The notes beneath the pieces were generated by a model, which saw only the letters and a program-made list of their open reading frames with translations, was not told the origin of the DNA and did no database searches. Both the position numbers and the translations under genes were made by a program. A DNA stretch of 50,778 nt from the NCBI GenBank assembly GCA_964459165.1, contig CAYWKM010000001.1, positions 1 to 50,778 on the forward strand, written 5' to 3'. The DNA comes from an uncultured Clostridia bacterium (GTDB lineage Bacteria > Bacillota > Clostridia > Christensenellales > Borkfalkiaceae). Positions 7,711 to 17,131 of the stretch are shown one piece after another. The stretch's first letter is position 1, and the number at the start of each line of letters is the position of its first letter.

Positions 7711-9516
7711 ATGAAAAAATATTCGGTATGGCAAAATGCGAAATACGTTTATTCCGAGGAAGTAAAATACGATCAATTCATCACCGTAAAAACGGTTCTC
7801 TATGTCTTCGTAAGTCTTCTGATTCCGGTAATCGCGACCATGATTCCCGCGATCGCCGTGCGGTTTTTAACCGGCGCGAATACCGTGACAAAATACGCGC
7901 TCGTCATTTTATCCGTATGCCTGATGTATGCGGCTCTGCTGTTTTTTCAGGCGTATGAAAAGAATGTCCTCTTTTCGAAAAGGCTCTTAACGAGGGTCCT
8001 CCGTTTTCACACCGTTATCGCCGATAAATGTATACGGACGGATTACGGGGCGTTTGAAAGCAACGAGGGACAAAGAAGCAAGGCGGAGGCTATACAGGTC
8101 ACGATGGGCAATTCTACGGGGATCGAAAATATGATGCGATGCATTCCCGAATGGATCGTCAATTTGATCGGAGTGATCGTCTACGCCGTTCTGGCGGCGT
8201 TCGCAAGCCCGTTTATCTTCGTCGTTTTCGCCGCCATGATTGCGGCGAACTACGTCCTTTACTTTTTAGCCCTCCGCTTTGAAAAAAAGCAAGCGCGCTT
8301 TTTCTCCGATCATTGGATGAAGAGCGAGAATCTGTTTAATCAGGCAAGAGATATCTCTTACGGAAAAGATATTCGGCTCTATAAGATGGAAAAATGGCTA
8401 TACGGCTACGCAAAAAAGCTGACGGACGAACGGACGCAAGCGTTAGACGGAATCCACAGGCGTTATTTTTACCCGAAGCTTTCCAACTCCTTATTGGGAG
8501 CCGTGCGGGATATCGTCGCCTACGCCGTTCTCATTTTCTCCTTTTCCGCGGGGAAAATCGATATTACGACCTTTACGTTTATGATCGGCGTCATCGCGGG
8601 ATTTTCCACATGGCTTTCCGGTCTTATCGTCGCCTCCGGAGAGATGAGGCGGGAGAGCCTTTCGACCAATAAATTGCGCGCGTTTCTGGAAAAGGAGGAC
8701 GCTTACAACTACGGCGAGGGCGAAGATATCCGTTCCTTATCCCTCCCTTTGACGGTAGCCTTCCGAAACGTAACGTTTACCTATCCGGAATGCGAAACGC
8801 CGACGATAAAAAACCTGTCCTTCACCCTTCGCGCGGGCGAGAAGCTTGCATTGATCGGAATAAACGGCGCAGGCAAGACGACGATCGTAAAGCTTCTATG
8901 CGGTCTGTACGTGCCGACGGAGGGCGAAATCCTCGTAAACGGAGTAAACGTTAAAAATTTTAACATCGACGAATACCACAAGCTGATCGGCTGTATCTTT
9001 CAGGACGTGCGCATATTCCCCTTTTCCGTCTCGGAAAATATTGCCTGCGTTCCGGACGGAGAAGAGGATAACGAAAAGCTATGGAGGTGTCTCGCCCTGT
9101 CCGGTTTAGACGAAAAGATAGCCTCGCTCCCCAAAAAGGAAAGAACTCCCCTTACCAAGGAAATCGATGAGGACGGATTGACGTTCTCGGGCGGAGAGAT
9201 GCAAAAGCTTATGTTTGCACGGGTTCTGTATAAAGACGCGCCCCTGCTCGTCCTCGACGAGCCCACCGCCGCCCTCGATCCCTTGGCGGAGGCGGATATG
9301 TATGAAAAATATCGTTCCCTGATGAAAGACAAGACGTCCGTCTTTATCTCTCATCGGTTAGCCTCCACAAAATTTTGCGACCGCATTCTGCTCTTTGAAC
9401 GGGGTAAAATCGTAGAGGAGGGCACGCACGAAGAGCTTTTGGCTCTCGGCGGAAAATATGCGGAAATGTTCGCCATGCAAAGTCAATATTATAAGGAGAA
9501 TTCCCATGAAGCTTAA
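7711..9516 (+). CDS. ABC exporter, fused permease/ATPase half-transporter (type I exporter), subunit 1
   Basis: N-terminal 6-TM-like domain. Walker A GINGAGKTT, signature FSGGEMQKL and Walker B LLVLDEPTAALD. An AAGGAG Shine-Dalgarno lies upstream. Confidence 0.85.
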   Translation: MKKYSVWQNAKYVYSEEVKYDQFITVKTVLYVFVSLLIPVIATMIPAIAVRFLTGANTVTKYALVILSVCLMYAALLFFQAYEKNVLFSKRLLTRVLRFHTVIADKCIRTDYGAFESNEGQRSKAEAIQVTMGNSTGIENMMRCIPEWIVNLIGVIVYAVLAAFASPFIFVVFAAMIAANYVLYFLALRFEKKQARFFSDHWMKSENLFNQARDISYGKDIRLYKMEKWLYGYAKKLTDERTQALDGIHRRYFYPKLSNSLLGAVRDIVAYAVLIFSFSAGKIDITTFTFMIGVIAGFSTWLSGLIVASGEMRRESLSTNKLRAFLEKEDAYNYGEGEDIRSLSLPLTVAFRNVTFTYPECETPTIKNLSFTLRAGEKLALIGINGAGKTTIVKLLCGLYVPTEGEILVNGVNVKNFNIDEYHKLIGCIFQDVRIFPFSVSENIACVPDGEEDNEKLWRCLALSGLDEKIASLPKKERTPLTKEIDEDGLTFSGGEMQKLMFARVLYKDAPLLVLDEPTAALDPLAEADMYEKYRSLMKDKTSVFISHRLASTKFCDRILLFERGKIVEEGTHEELLALGGKYAEMFAMQSQYYKENSHEA

Positions 9517-11329
9517 AGAGATATTTTCGCTCGTTCGTCTTGGCGATAAGCTGGCAAAGGGACTTCTTATTCTTACTCTTCTCGGCTCCTTCCTTACGGC
9601 GACTAAGCCGTTTATCAATATTGTTTTCGGGGCGCTCATTTTGGACGGACTCGTTTCGTCGCTCTCCTTCCGTTCGCTGATATTTTGGTACGTCGTTCCC
9701 ATGATCGTCTCCAATTTGGTTTTGACCGTTCTCGGAGATTTATTATCGTCAAAAATCGATAGCAAAACGGGAAGGCTGGACACTGCGGTAAAAGACGAAA
9801 TTGCAAAAAAATGTATGGTAATGGATTACGAACAGCTCGAACGAACGGAGTATCATCAAAGGCTGCAGGCGGCTCTTGACGGCAGCAACGGCAGCGGCGG
9901 CTTCCCTACTCTCTACCGTTACATCGGCGCCGTTTTGAGCGGAAGCATCGCGCTTATCTATTCTGTCGTCCTGATCGTCAGAATGTTTCTTATCACTTCC
10001 TCGGAAAAAGGCTCCGGCTTCTTCTATTCCCCATGGTCGTACGTTTTACTCATCGTCGCCAACGCGATCGGCATCGCCCTTATGATCCTGATCGGAAAAA
10101 TATCCGCAAAGGATCAATATCGCTTTTATCAAATGAACGTACAAGCAAACCGGGAAGGCGGCGCTTTGATGAATCTCTGTATCGATTATCATTTCGTCAA
10201 GGATATTAAATTATTCGCGCTAAATCAATTATTTCATAAAAAATTATCCGCGTTCCACAAGACGTGTGAAGGCTCTCTCGGAAAGATGCAGAAAAAGGGC
10301 GGAATCTATACGGGACTTTCCAACGCGGCGCTGCAAATCGGCGTTATCGTCTCCTACGTGTTCGTCGGCGTAAAGGCGATTTTGGGACTTATTTCCGCAG
10401 GCTCTATCATCTCCATGGTCGGCGCGATTACGCAATTTAACGCCTCCTTCGTATCCATTATCAATTCCGTTACTTATATTCGCTTGCAAACCTCCTATTT
10501 AAAACACTTCACGGATTTCTTAGCCATTCCGTCTGAAAAATACAACGGAACTCTCCCCGTCGAAAAGCGGACGGATTGCAGATACGAGCTGGAATTTAAA
10601 GACGTTTCCTTCCGTTATCCCAATACGGAAAATATGATTCTGAATCACGTTTCCTTCCGATTCACGGTCGGCGAAAAGCTCGCCGTCGTCGGAAGAAACG
10701 GCGCGGGCAAGACAACCTTCATCAAACTTTTATGCAGGCTGTACGACCCGACGGAAGGAGAAATTTTATTGAACGGAATAAACATCAAAAAATACGACTA
10801 TGCCGAGTATCTGAGCGTCTTCTCCGTCGTCTTTCAGGATTTCAAGCTCTTCGCCATGAGCGTCGCGGAAAACGTTGCCGCCGGCAAGGATTATGACGAA
10901 GAAAAAGTACGCTCCTCTCTCGATAAAGCGGGAATTCTTCCATACGTGGACAAAATGCCCGACGGCGTTCGAACCGCCATCTATAAGCAAAACGACGACG
11001 GCATTGAAATTTCGGGCGGCGAAGCGCAAAAAATCGCCCTCGCGCGGGCGATATACAAAGATTCCCCTATCGTTATCCTCGACGAGCCGACCTCCGCGCT
11101 CGATCCCATCGGCGAATACGAGGTCTATTCCAAATTCAACGAGCTCGTCGGCGAAAAAACCTCCGTCTTTATCTCGCACAGGATGTCCTCCTGCCGCTTC
11201 TGTGATAAAATTCTCGTCTTCGACGCGGGGCGAATCGTTCAATCGGGAACCCATGAACGTCTGTTGGAGGAAACCGACGGGCTGTACTATAAACTTTGGT
11301 CGGCGCAGGAGCAATATTATCAATCGTAA
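9506..11329 (+). CDS. ABC exporter, fused permease/ATPase half-transporter, subunit 2 (probable heterodimer partner)
   Basis: Start moved to ATG 9506 (MKLKEIF...), which has an AAGGAG Shine-Dalgarno and overlaps the upstream stop by 11 nt. Walker A GRNGAGKTT, signature ISGGEAQKI and Walker B IVILDEPTSALD. Confidence 0.85.
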   Translation: MKLKEIFSLVRLGDKLAKGLLILTLLGSFLTATKPFINIVFGALILDGLVSSLSFRSLIFWYVVPMIVSNLVLTVLGDLLSSKIDSKTGRLDTAVKDEIAKKCMVMDYEQLERTEYHQRLQAALDGSNGSGGFPTLYRYIGAVLSGSIALIYSVVLIVRMFLITSSEKGSGFFYSPWSYVLLIVANAIGIALMILIGKISAKDQYRFYQMNVQANREGGALMNLCIDYHFVKDIKLFALNQLFHKKLSAFHKTCEGSLGKMQKKGGIYTGLSNAALQIGVIVSYVFVGVKAILGLISAGSIISMVGAITQFNASFVSIINSVTYIRLQTSYLKHFTDFLAIPSEKYNGTLPVEKRTDCRYELEFKDVSFRYPNTENMILNHVSFRFTVGEKLAVVGRNGAGKTTFIKLLCRLYDPTEGEILLNGINIKKYDYAEYLSVFSVVFQDFKLFAMSVAENVAAGKDYDEEKVRSSLDKAGILPYVDKMPDGVRTAIYKQNDDGIEISGGEAQKIALARAIYKDSPIVILDEPTSALDPIGEYEVYSKFNELVGEKTSVFISHRMSSCRFCDKILVFDAGRIVQSGTHERLLEETDGLYYKLWSAQEQYYQS

Positions 11330-11445
11330 TTAAGCTTTTGAGCAATGATAACCGTTAAGCGAACGACCGACTATTCCCGCGATCGCTTCCCTAATCGGAA
11401 TCGCACGGCCCCCTTGCTCGAACTCGAAAAATCTGCATACATAAA

Positions 11446-11477
11446 ATAAGGAGTCGCCGCATTCGGCGACTCCTTAT
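11446..11477. terminator. Bidirectional terminator between convergent ABC and HAD operons
   Basis: Perfect 14-bp stem ATAAGGAGTCGCCG (11446-11459) / CGGCGACTCCTTAT (11464-11477) with a CATT loop. The U-run is better on the minus-strand transcript. Confidence 0.75.
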
Positions 11478-11634
11478 TGTCGTAAAACGAAGTCTTATTC
11501 TATTTAACCTTTTATTCCATTCGTCGGAATATAAATTTGAACGACGACAACGTTTTTTTGAATTTTCGGCTTATTTTTTTCTTGTAAAAAGCGACGAAAA
11601 CGAAACAAATCCCGATCGATTGTTGAAGGAACGC

Positions 11635-12426
11635 CTATAAATATTTTACGATATCGTTCAGCGAATCCAATACGGCCTCCGCCCGATCGGGAGAGGAAGC
11701 TCTTATTTCCTCCGTCGTCTCGCCGCTCATAACGAGAACGGTATGAAATCCGTTGTTTACGCCGAAACGGATATCCGTATGCAGCCGATCTCCCACCATG
11801 GCGATCTTGTCGGCGGAAACGCCCAATTTCCGTTTGATGCAGTCGCCCATCGTCGTATAGGGTTTTCCGCAGACGACGTCAGGTCTTCTTCCGCTCGAAA
11901 CCTCTAAGAGGGCGATAAACGAACCCACGTCGGGGGGAAAAACGTCTTTCGACGGACAAACCGCATCGGGATGCGTAGCAAGATACAACGCCCCCTCGAC
12001 GATATATTGATTGATCTTCCTCAGCTTTTCAAACGTAAGAGAGGTGTCGTAAGCGAGCACGCAGATATCGGGTTTTTCCTCGACGAGATGAATTCCGTAT
12101 CTTTTGAAATCTTCTTTCAGCGCGTCCGTCCCGACGAGATAAACTTTTTTTTCGGGGTAAAACTCCTTGATATATTCCGCCGTGGCCATACCGGACGTGT
12201 AGACGAGATCTCTCTCGTCCCAAAAGCCGATCCTCTTCAACTTGCTCACATATTCCTCGGGCGTCTTCGAGGAATTGTTGGTAAAATATACCAATTTCTT
12301 CCCCGCCTCGCGCATACGCTTCAACGTATCGATCATATCGCCGATAGGCGTTTCGTCGAAATAGATGGTTCCGTCCATATCGAGAAGAAACACTTTTGTC
12401 TGTTCTGTCAGCTGTCGTATATCCAT
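11635..12426 (-). CDS. HAD-IIA family sugar-phosphate phosphatase (NagD/AraL-like)
   Basis: Motif I FLLDMDGTIY and motif IV MVGDRLHTDI. About 263 aa, which is typical for HAD-IIA. Confidence 0.8.
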   Translation of the reverse strand: MDIRQLTEQTKVFLLDMDGTIYFDETPIGDMIDTLKRMREAGKKLVYFTNNSSKTPEEYVSKLKRIGFWDERDLVYTSGMATAEYIKEFYPEKKVYLVGTDALKEDFKRYGIHLVEEKPDICVLAYDTSLTFEKLRKINQYIVEGALYLATHPDAVCPSKDVFPPDVGSFIALLEVSSGRRPDVVCGKPYTTMGDCIKRKLGVSADKIAMVGDRLHTDIRFGVNNGFHTVLVMSGETTEEIRASSPDRAEAVLDSLNDIVKYL

Positions 12427-12438
12427 TCTTCCTAACCT

Positions 12439-13608
12439 CTAAACAGCCTTGCCCCGTTCGAGCAATCCGAAATCCCTCATCAGCGAAAAAATTCCGTAAC
12501 AACCGGAAAGCTCCGGCAAAGCGCATATTTTCCGACGGATATCCGCCGGCTTCTGTATTCCGCCGAAAAAAGAATAGGAATCTAAAATTCCCTGCTTTCG
12601 GCTCTTCAATTCTCCGGCTCTAAGGGCGAACAGCCTCCTATTCCTTTCAAAGGAAGAAGAGAGCTCTTCCAATTCCTTGACCGTAGGGATTCGACACTTC
12701 TCCGAAACGTCGAATTCGCTCTTATGTAACATCGACGCGGCGGCGCGTATTCTCGCCATATAATCGGGGACGGAGAACTTACGCAAGCCGCCGTAATAGA
12801 AAAACGCCTCGTAAACGTCGAGTACCTTCGCGTACGCGGAATATTTTTCGTCGTTCTCGAGAGAGGAAAACAAATAACCGCATTCCGTATCCCCTAATCC
12901 TTCCCTTTTGCAAAAGTTCCAGCGCAGACTCTCCTCAAACAGCGTGCTTTCCGCGTCGAAACATTTACGGATATTACTCAGATGCAGAAACACATCGTAA
13001 GCAATCTCATAGATTTCGCGGCAGCTTTCCTTTTTCCCCAATACGAGCTCGCCAAAGCGCAGCTCGTAGAGAGAAAGCGTATCTACCGCAAGCGAGATGA
13101 AAGCGTCTTTCGCCGTTTTTTTATCTAAATTCTGATGGTTAAAGAAAATCAAATCGGGGATTTTTATGGGAAGAAGATGCTTTTTGTCCAACAAACGGAG
13201 CCCCGCGCTCCGACTGATCAGCCCTTCCGCATCCGCTTCGGCGCAGACGCATACGCACTTGATCCCTCTGACGGTGGCAAAATATCTCGCGTCCGTCACG
13301 ACGCGTTTCCCGCCGTAAGCCACGACGAGATGAATCGTTTCGGGAAAGGCAAACAACTGCCGAACGTCCTTATCCTCCCCTTCCAGCAAAATCATCGTAT
13401 CGGAAGGAAGAAAGGAGGAGAAAAACGTCCTCTCCGGTCTGTCCGTCACGAAAAGCGTTTTATGGAGCGGAAACTTTTCCGCGATTACTTCTTTTACTCT
13501 CTGATTCGGACAAAAAAGGATCTGCGTCCGCATTTCGTGAGTCCTGCCGCATTCACATTTGTACGTCGTTGCCGCCAGCTTCTGTGCGGATAAATCGGCA
13601 AGCCGCAT
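12439..13608 (-). CDS. Divergent DHQS/Fe-ADH-superfamily protein (AraM / glycerol-1-phosphate dehydrogenase-like)
   Basis: VVAYGGKRVVTDARYFA resembles the GGGxxxDxAKYxA nucleotide-binding loop, and a following CAEADAEGLISRSAGL segment resembles the PTxxSxDGxxS loop. Size is 389 aa. Adjacency to a HAD-IIA gene mirrors B. subtilis araL-araM. This assignment is tentative. Confidence 0.35.
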   Translation of the reverse strand: MRLADLSAQKLAATTYKCECGRTHEMRTQILFCPNQRVKEVIAEKFPLHKTLFVTDRPERTFFSSFLPSDTMILLEGEDKDVRQLFAFPETIHLVVAYGGKRVVTDARYFATVRGIKCVCVCAEADAEGLISRSAGLRLLDKKHLLPIKIPDLIFFNHQNLDKKTAKDAFISLAVDTLSLYELRFGELVLGKKESCREIYEIAYDVFLHLSNIRKCFDAESTLFEESLRWNFCKREGLGDTECGYLFSSLENDEKYSAYAKVLDVYEAFFYYGGLRKFSVPDYMARIRAAASMLHKSEFDVSEKCRIPTVKELEELSSSFERNRRLFALRAGELKSRKQGILDSYSFFGGIQKPADIRRKICALPELSGCYGIFSLMRDFGLLERGKAV

Positions 13609-13626
13609 AACTACCTCGCTAAAAAA

Positions 13627-14688
13627 TCAACCTAAAATATTTTTCAGCTTTTGTAGAAGAATATCGTTCTGTTCTTTCGTTCCTACGGTAATACGGCAAA
13701 AATCCTTCAGCTTCGGACTATCCCAAAACCGAACGAGAACGCCGTTTTCCTTCAATTTCTCGTAAATATACTTCCCGCCCTTTTCTTTGTTTCCGGCGAA
13801 AAGAAAATTGGCTCGACTCTCGGGTACGAGAAAGCCCATAGCCGTCAATTCTTTTCTTACTCTCGCCCTTTCGCCGATAATCAACCTCGCGTTTTCCGCG
13901 TAATATTCCGCGTCGGAAACGGCGGCGGCGCAAATCGTTTGGCATACGGTATCGATCGGATAAGAATTGAAACAATCCTTAGCGCGGAAAAGTCCGTCAA
14001 TCAGATATTTGTTTCCTATCGCATACCCGCAACGGATTCCGGCGAGGGAATAATATTTGGAGAACGTTTTTACGACGAGAAGATTCTCATATTTTTTTGT
14101 GAGCGTCGCGCAAGATTCTCCGAAGAATCCCATGTAGGCTTCGTCCGCAACGACGATCCTTTCGCGAACGGAAGAAATAAACGCTTCCATCTCCCCTTTC
14201 AATAGGCCGACGCCCGTAGGCGCGTTGGGATTCGCTATGAAATATCCCTGACAATCCGTTTTCGAGAAGGCGTCGAGATTCATCGTATAATCCTCGTTCA
14301 AAGGAACGATTTTTTGCGGAATCTTAAAGAATTCCGAAAATACGGGATAAAAGGAATAGGTGACGTCGGCAAAGCACGCTCCCTTCCCGTCGCCGTCGAA
14401 AAAGGCGGGAAAGCAAAGCGCGAGAACCTCGTCGCTCCCGTTCCCGCAAAAGACGTTTTCGATCTCCACGCCCTCCGCCTTCGCGATCGCGGCGCGCAAA
14501 ACGTCCGCATTGGGCGAGGGATACAGCTTCAATCTTTCCGGATCGATAGAGGAAAGCGCCTCCTTCACCTTCGGCGAAGGAGGATAAGGATTTTCGTTGG
14601 TATTCAGCTTTACGTATCTCTTGTCGTTCAGCTGCTCGCCCGCCGTATAAGGCCGAATGCCGCTTGTAAGCTTACTCAAAAAATTCAT
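13627..14688 (-). CDS. hisC: Histidinol-phosphate aminotransferase family (class II PLP aminotransferase)
   Basis: LNTNENPYPPSP, YPSPNADVLR, GNGSDEVL and the PLP-Lys segment FSKYYSLAGIRCGYAIG. Confidence 0.8.
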   Translation of the reverse strand: MNFLSKLTSGIRPYTAGEQLNDKRYVKLNTNENPYPPSPKVKEALSSIDPERLKLYPSPNADVLRAAIAKAEGVEIENVFCGNGSDEVLALCFPAFFDGDGKGACFADVTYSFYPVFSEFFKIPQKIVPLNEDYTMNLDAFSKTDCQGYFIANPNAPTGVGLLKGEMEAFISSVRERIVVADEAYMGFFGESCATLTKKYENLLVVKTFSKYYSLAGIRCGYAIGNKYLIDGLFRAKDCFNSYPIDTVCQTICAAAVSDAEYYAENARLIIGERARVRKELTAMGFLVPESRANFLFAGNKEKGGKYIYEKLKENGVLVRFWDSPKLKDFCRITVGTKEQNDILLQKLKNILG

Positions 14689-14700
14689 AGGTCCTTCTCT

Positions 14701-15615
14701 CTATAAAATAAACCATAGCAACCCGTTAACCAAGCTTCCGATGAGAGCGCCGAACACATACATCAAAAAGACGATAAACAGATTTCTCTTCCACATTTTC
14801 GTATTCTTCAAAAGGACGACAAGTCCCAAACCGGCGTTGGTGCAAAGTCCCGCCAACATACTGCCGAAGCGAATGCCTCCGATCAGATACGTCTCGGTGA
14901 CGACGACGCTGCTCGCGCAATTGGGAATCAATCCGACCAGAGCCGTAATAAAGGGCTGTACCCATACGCTCTTTTCGAGAAACGCCGAAATTCTCTCTTC
15001 CCCGATAAAATAGATCAGCGTTCCGAATACAACGTTGACGGCAAGGACGTAGGCCGCGATCTTCAACGAATGGAGCAAGGGGCTCCACAAATACGTCTTG
15101 ACGGGATGCTCCTCGCTATGCGAACGACCGCAGGAGGTGTACTCGAATTTCTTTTCGTAAACCTTGCTGCGGTAGTCCTTTGCCTTCTCTCTTTGATAGT
15201 CGGCGACGGTGGAAACCCGCAGATTGCCGTTACCGCGGAAGAGGGCGTTCAAAAGATATCCGATCGACACGCCGAAAAAAATCTTTGCCACGATGATATA
15301 TAAGATCGTCATGGCGTCCCCTTCCGACAATAAAATGATAAACGCCTCGTCGCTTGTGGAGATAAAGATGGAGACGAGCGTTCCGAGCTCAATAAAACCG
15401 CCTTCGTACAGTTTTGCCGCCATAACGGAAAATCCGCACTGCGGAATAAGTCCCGTAGCGGAGCCGATCAGCGGTCCCAATTTGCCGTTGAGGCGATTTT
15501 TTGAACCTATGATTTCCGTTTTGTGCTCGATGAGCTCTATCAGTTCGTAAAGAATAAACAGGAAGGGAAAAATCTTCAGCGTATCGAGCAACGCGTCCAA
15601 TAGTACGTCTGCCAT
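14701..15615 (-). CDS. Polytopic permease of the ArsP_2 / DUF2899 type (putative metal or small-molecule transporter)
   Basis: About 10 TM segments and a duplicated motif (LIPQCGFSV and LIPNCASSV). The N-terminus MADVLLDALLDTLKIFPFLF is typical of this family as I remember it. Confidence 0.5.
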   Translation of the reverse strand: MADVLLDALLDTLKIFPFLFILYELIELIEHKTEIIGSKNRLNGKLGPLIGSATGLIPQCGFSVMAAKLYEGGFIELGTLVSIFISTSDEAFIILLSEGDAMTILYIIVAKIFFGVSIGYLLNALFRGNGNLRVSTVADYQREKAKDYRSKVYEKKFEYTSCGRSHSEEHPVKTYLWSPLLHSLKIAAYVLAVNVVFGTLIYFIGEERISAFLEKSVWVQPFITALVGLIPNCASSVVVTETYLIGGIRFGSMLAGLCTNAGLGLVVLLKNTKMWKRNLFIVFLMYVFGALIGSLVNGLLWFIL

Positions 15616-15621
15616 ACTGTA

Positions 15622-15650
15622 AGTTTATAACTTTCCCTTTTTTTTGTCAA
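15622..15650 (-). promoter_or_regulatory. Promoter of the permease-hisC operon, leaderless-type spacing
   Basis: On the minus strand: TTGACA (15650-15645), 17 nt, TAAACT (15627-15622), then 6 nt, then ATG 15615. No Shine-Dalgarno is present. Confidence 0.45.
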
Positions 15651-15699
15651 TTAAAATCAAGCGACTTGCCCGCAACTTCCGTTCGCCGCCCCAAAGGAA

Positions 15700-15740
15700 A
15701 AGACAAACAAAAGAAGCCCTTAACGATTTAAGGACTTCTT
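15700..15740 (-). terminator. Rho-independent terminator of the MsmX-like ATPase gene
   Basis: 13-bp stem with one mismatch, AAGAAGCCCTTAA / TTAAGGACTTCTT (15711-15740). The minus-strand transcript continues with UUUUGUUUGU. Confidence 0.65.
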
Positions 15741-15793
15741 CTGTGTTATGATAGCTTACTTATTGAAAAAGGTAAGTAATCGATTGTCTTTGA

Positions 15794-17131
15794 TCAGTTC
15801 TGATCCTTATTGGCTTTCGCCTTTGCCATCTTCTCGTCTCTCTTAGCCTGAGCCTTCATTTCCTTGGTTACGACTCTGGCGGCGTCGATCTGAGCTTTCA
15901 TTTCCTGAGGCGTAGGAGGTACGAACGCCGCGCCCTCCGCATTTTCGGGAATATCGTCATAATGCTCGTCTCTTTCGAGAAGCGTATATTCGGCTTCTCC
16001 GTCGAACAGATGAATATGCTTTGCGTCGAGAGCTACGTCGATAATTTCTCCGAGCTTCACGTCCGCACGGCTGGAAATCTTAGCGACCATCTGAGATTGA
16101 GAATCGACGATGCTGTTTTTATCGCTGTTGAAATCAACGTCGCAATAAATCTGTTTCTCGGCGCCGAGCTGTTCGATAACCTCGAGCTTTGCTTTGATAA
16201 CGGTGTCGGGAGAGTTGGAAATAAAGAGCTCGTCCTGATGAATATCTTCGGGTCTTACGCCGAGGGTAACCGTCTTGCCGGTGTTCTTATATTCGTCGAG
16301 ATTCTTAATCTTGGAAACGACCGTCTTAGGGAGTAAAATTTTATTGTCGCCTACAAAGTTGACGTAAACCTTACCGTCTTCTTCCGTGATGGTAGCGTTT
16401 TTGAAGAAGTTCATTTGAGGCGTTCCGATAAATCCCGCAACGAAGAGGTTAATAGGATAGTCGTAAAGATTCTGAGGCGTATCAACCTGCTGCATGAATC
16501 CGTCTTTCATAACGACGATTCTCGTACCCATCGTCATAGCTTCGATCTGGTCGTGAGTAACGTAAATGAAGGTGGTTTGAAGTCTGGTATGGAGCTTGGA
16601 GATTTCCGTTCTCATGGAAGCGCGGAGCTTAGCGTCCAAGTTGGACAGAGGCTCGTCGAGTAAGAATACCTTAGGCTCGCGAACGATCGTTCTACCTAAT
16701 GCGACACGCTGTCTCTGACCGCCGGACAAAGCCTTCGGCTTTCTGGAAAGATAGTCGGTGATGCCGAGGATTTCAGCCGCCTGATGAACCTTATCGTCGA
16801 TCACTTCCTTAGGCACTTTTCTGAGCTTCAGACCAAACGCCATGTTGTCGTATACGGACATATGAGGATACAACGCGTAGTTCTGGAAAACCATTGCGAT
16901 ATCTCTGTCCTTGGGGACGACGTCGTTTACGAGCTTTCCGTCGATATAGAGTTCGCCGGAGGTAATTTCTTCGAGTCCCGCGATCATACGGAGAGTCGTA
17001 GATTTACCGCAGCCGGAAGGTCCTACGAATACGATAAATTCCTTGTCTCTGATGTCCAAGCAGAAATCAAAAACCGCTTGGTTGCCACCGGGATACACTT
17101 TGTTGATGTGTTTAAGTAAAAGTCCTGACAT
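15794..17131 (-). CDS. Orphan sugar-type ABC transporter ATPase (MsmX/MalK/UgpC-like) with a C-terminal extension
   Basis: Walker A GPSGCGKST, signature LSGGQRQRVALGR and Walker B VFLLDEPLSNLD, plus a MalK-like regulatory domain. A tail of roughly 75 aa that is K/A/E-rich follows. An AGGGAGG Shine-Dalgarno lies upstream. No permease or binding-protein gene is adjacent. Confidence 0.85.
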   Translation of the reverse strand: MSGLLLKHINKVYPGGNQAVFDFCLDIRDKEFIVFVGPSGCGKSTTLRMIAGLEEITSGELYIDGKLVNDVVPKDRDIAMVFQNYALYPHMSVYDNMAFGLKLRKVPKEVIDDKVHQAAEILGITDYLSRKPKALSGGQRQRVALGRTIVREPKVFLLDEPLSNLDAKLRASMRTEISKLHTRLQTTFIYVTHDQIEAMTMGTRIVVMKDGFMQQVDTPQNLYDYPINLFVAGFIGTPQMNFFKNATITEEDGKVYVNFVGDNKILLPKTVVSKIKNLDEYKNTGKTVTLGVRPEDIHQDELFISNSPDTVIKAKLEVIEQLGAEKQIYCDVDFNSDKNSIVDSQSQMVAKISSRADVKLGEIIDVALDAKHIHLFDGEAEYTLLERDEHYDDIPENAEGAAFVPPTPQEMKAQIDAARVVTKEMKAQAKRDEKMAKAKANKDQN

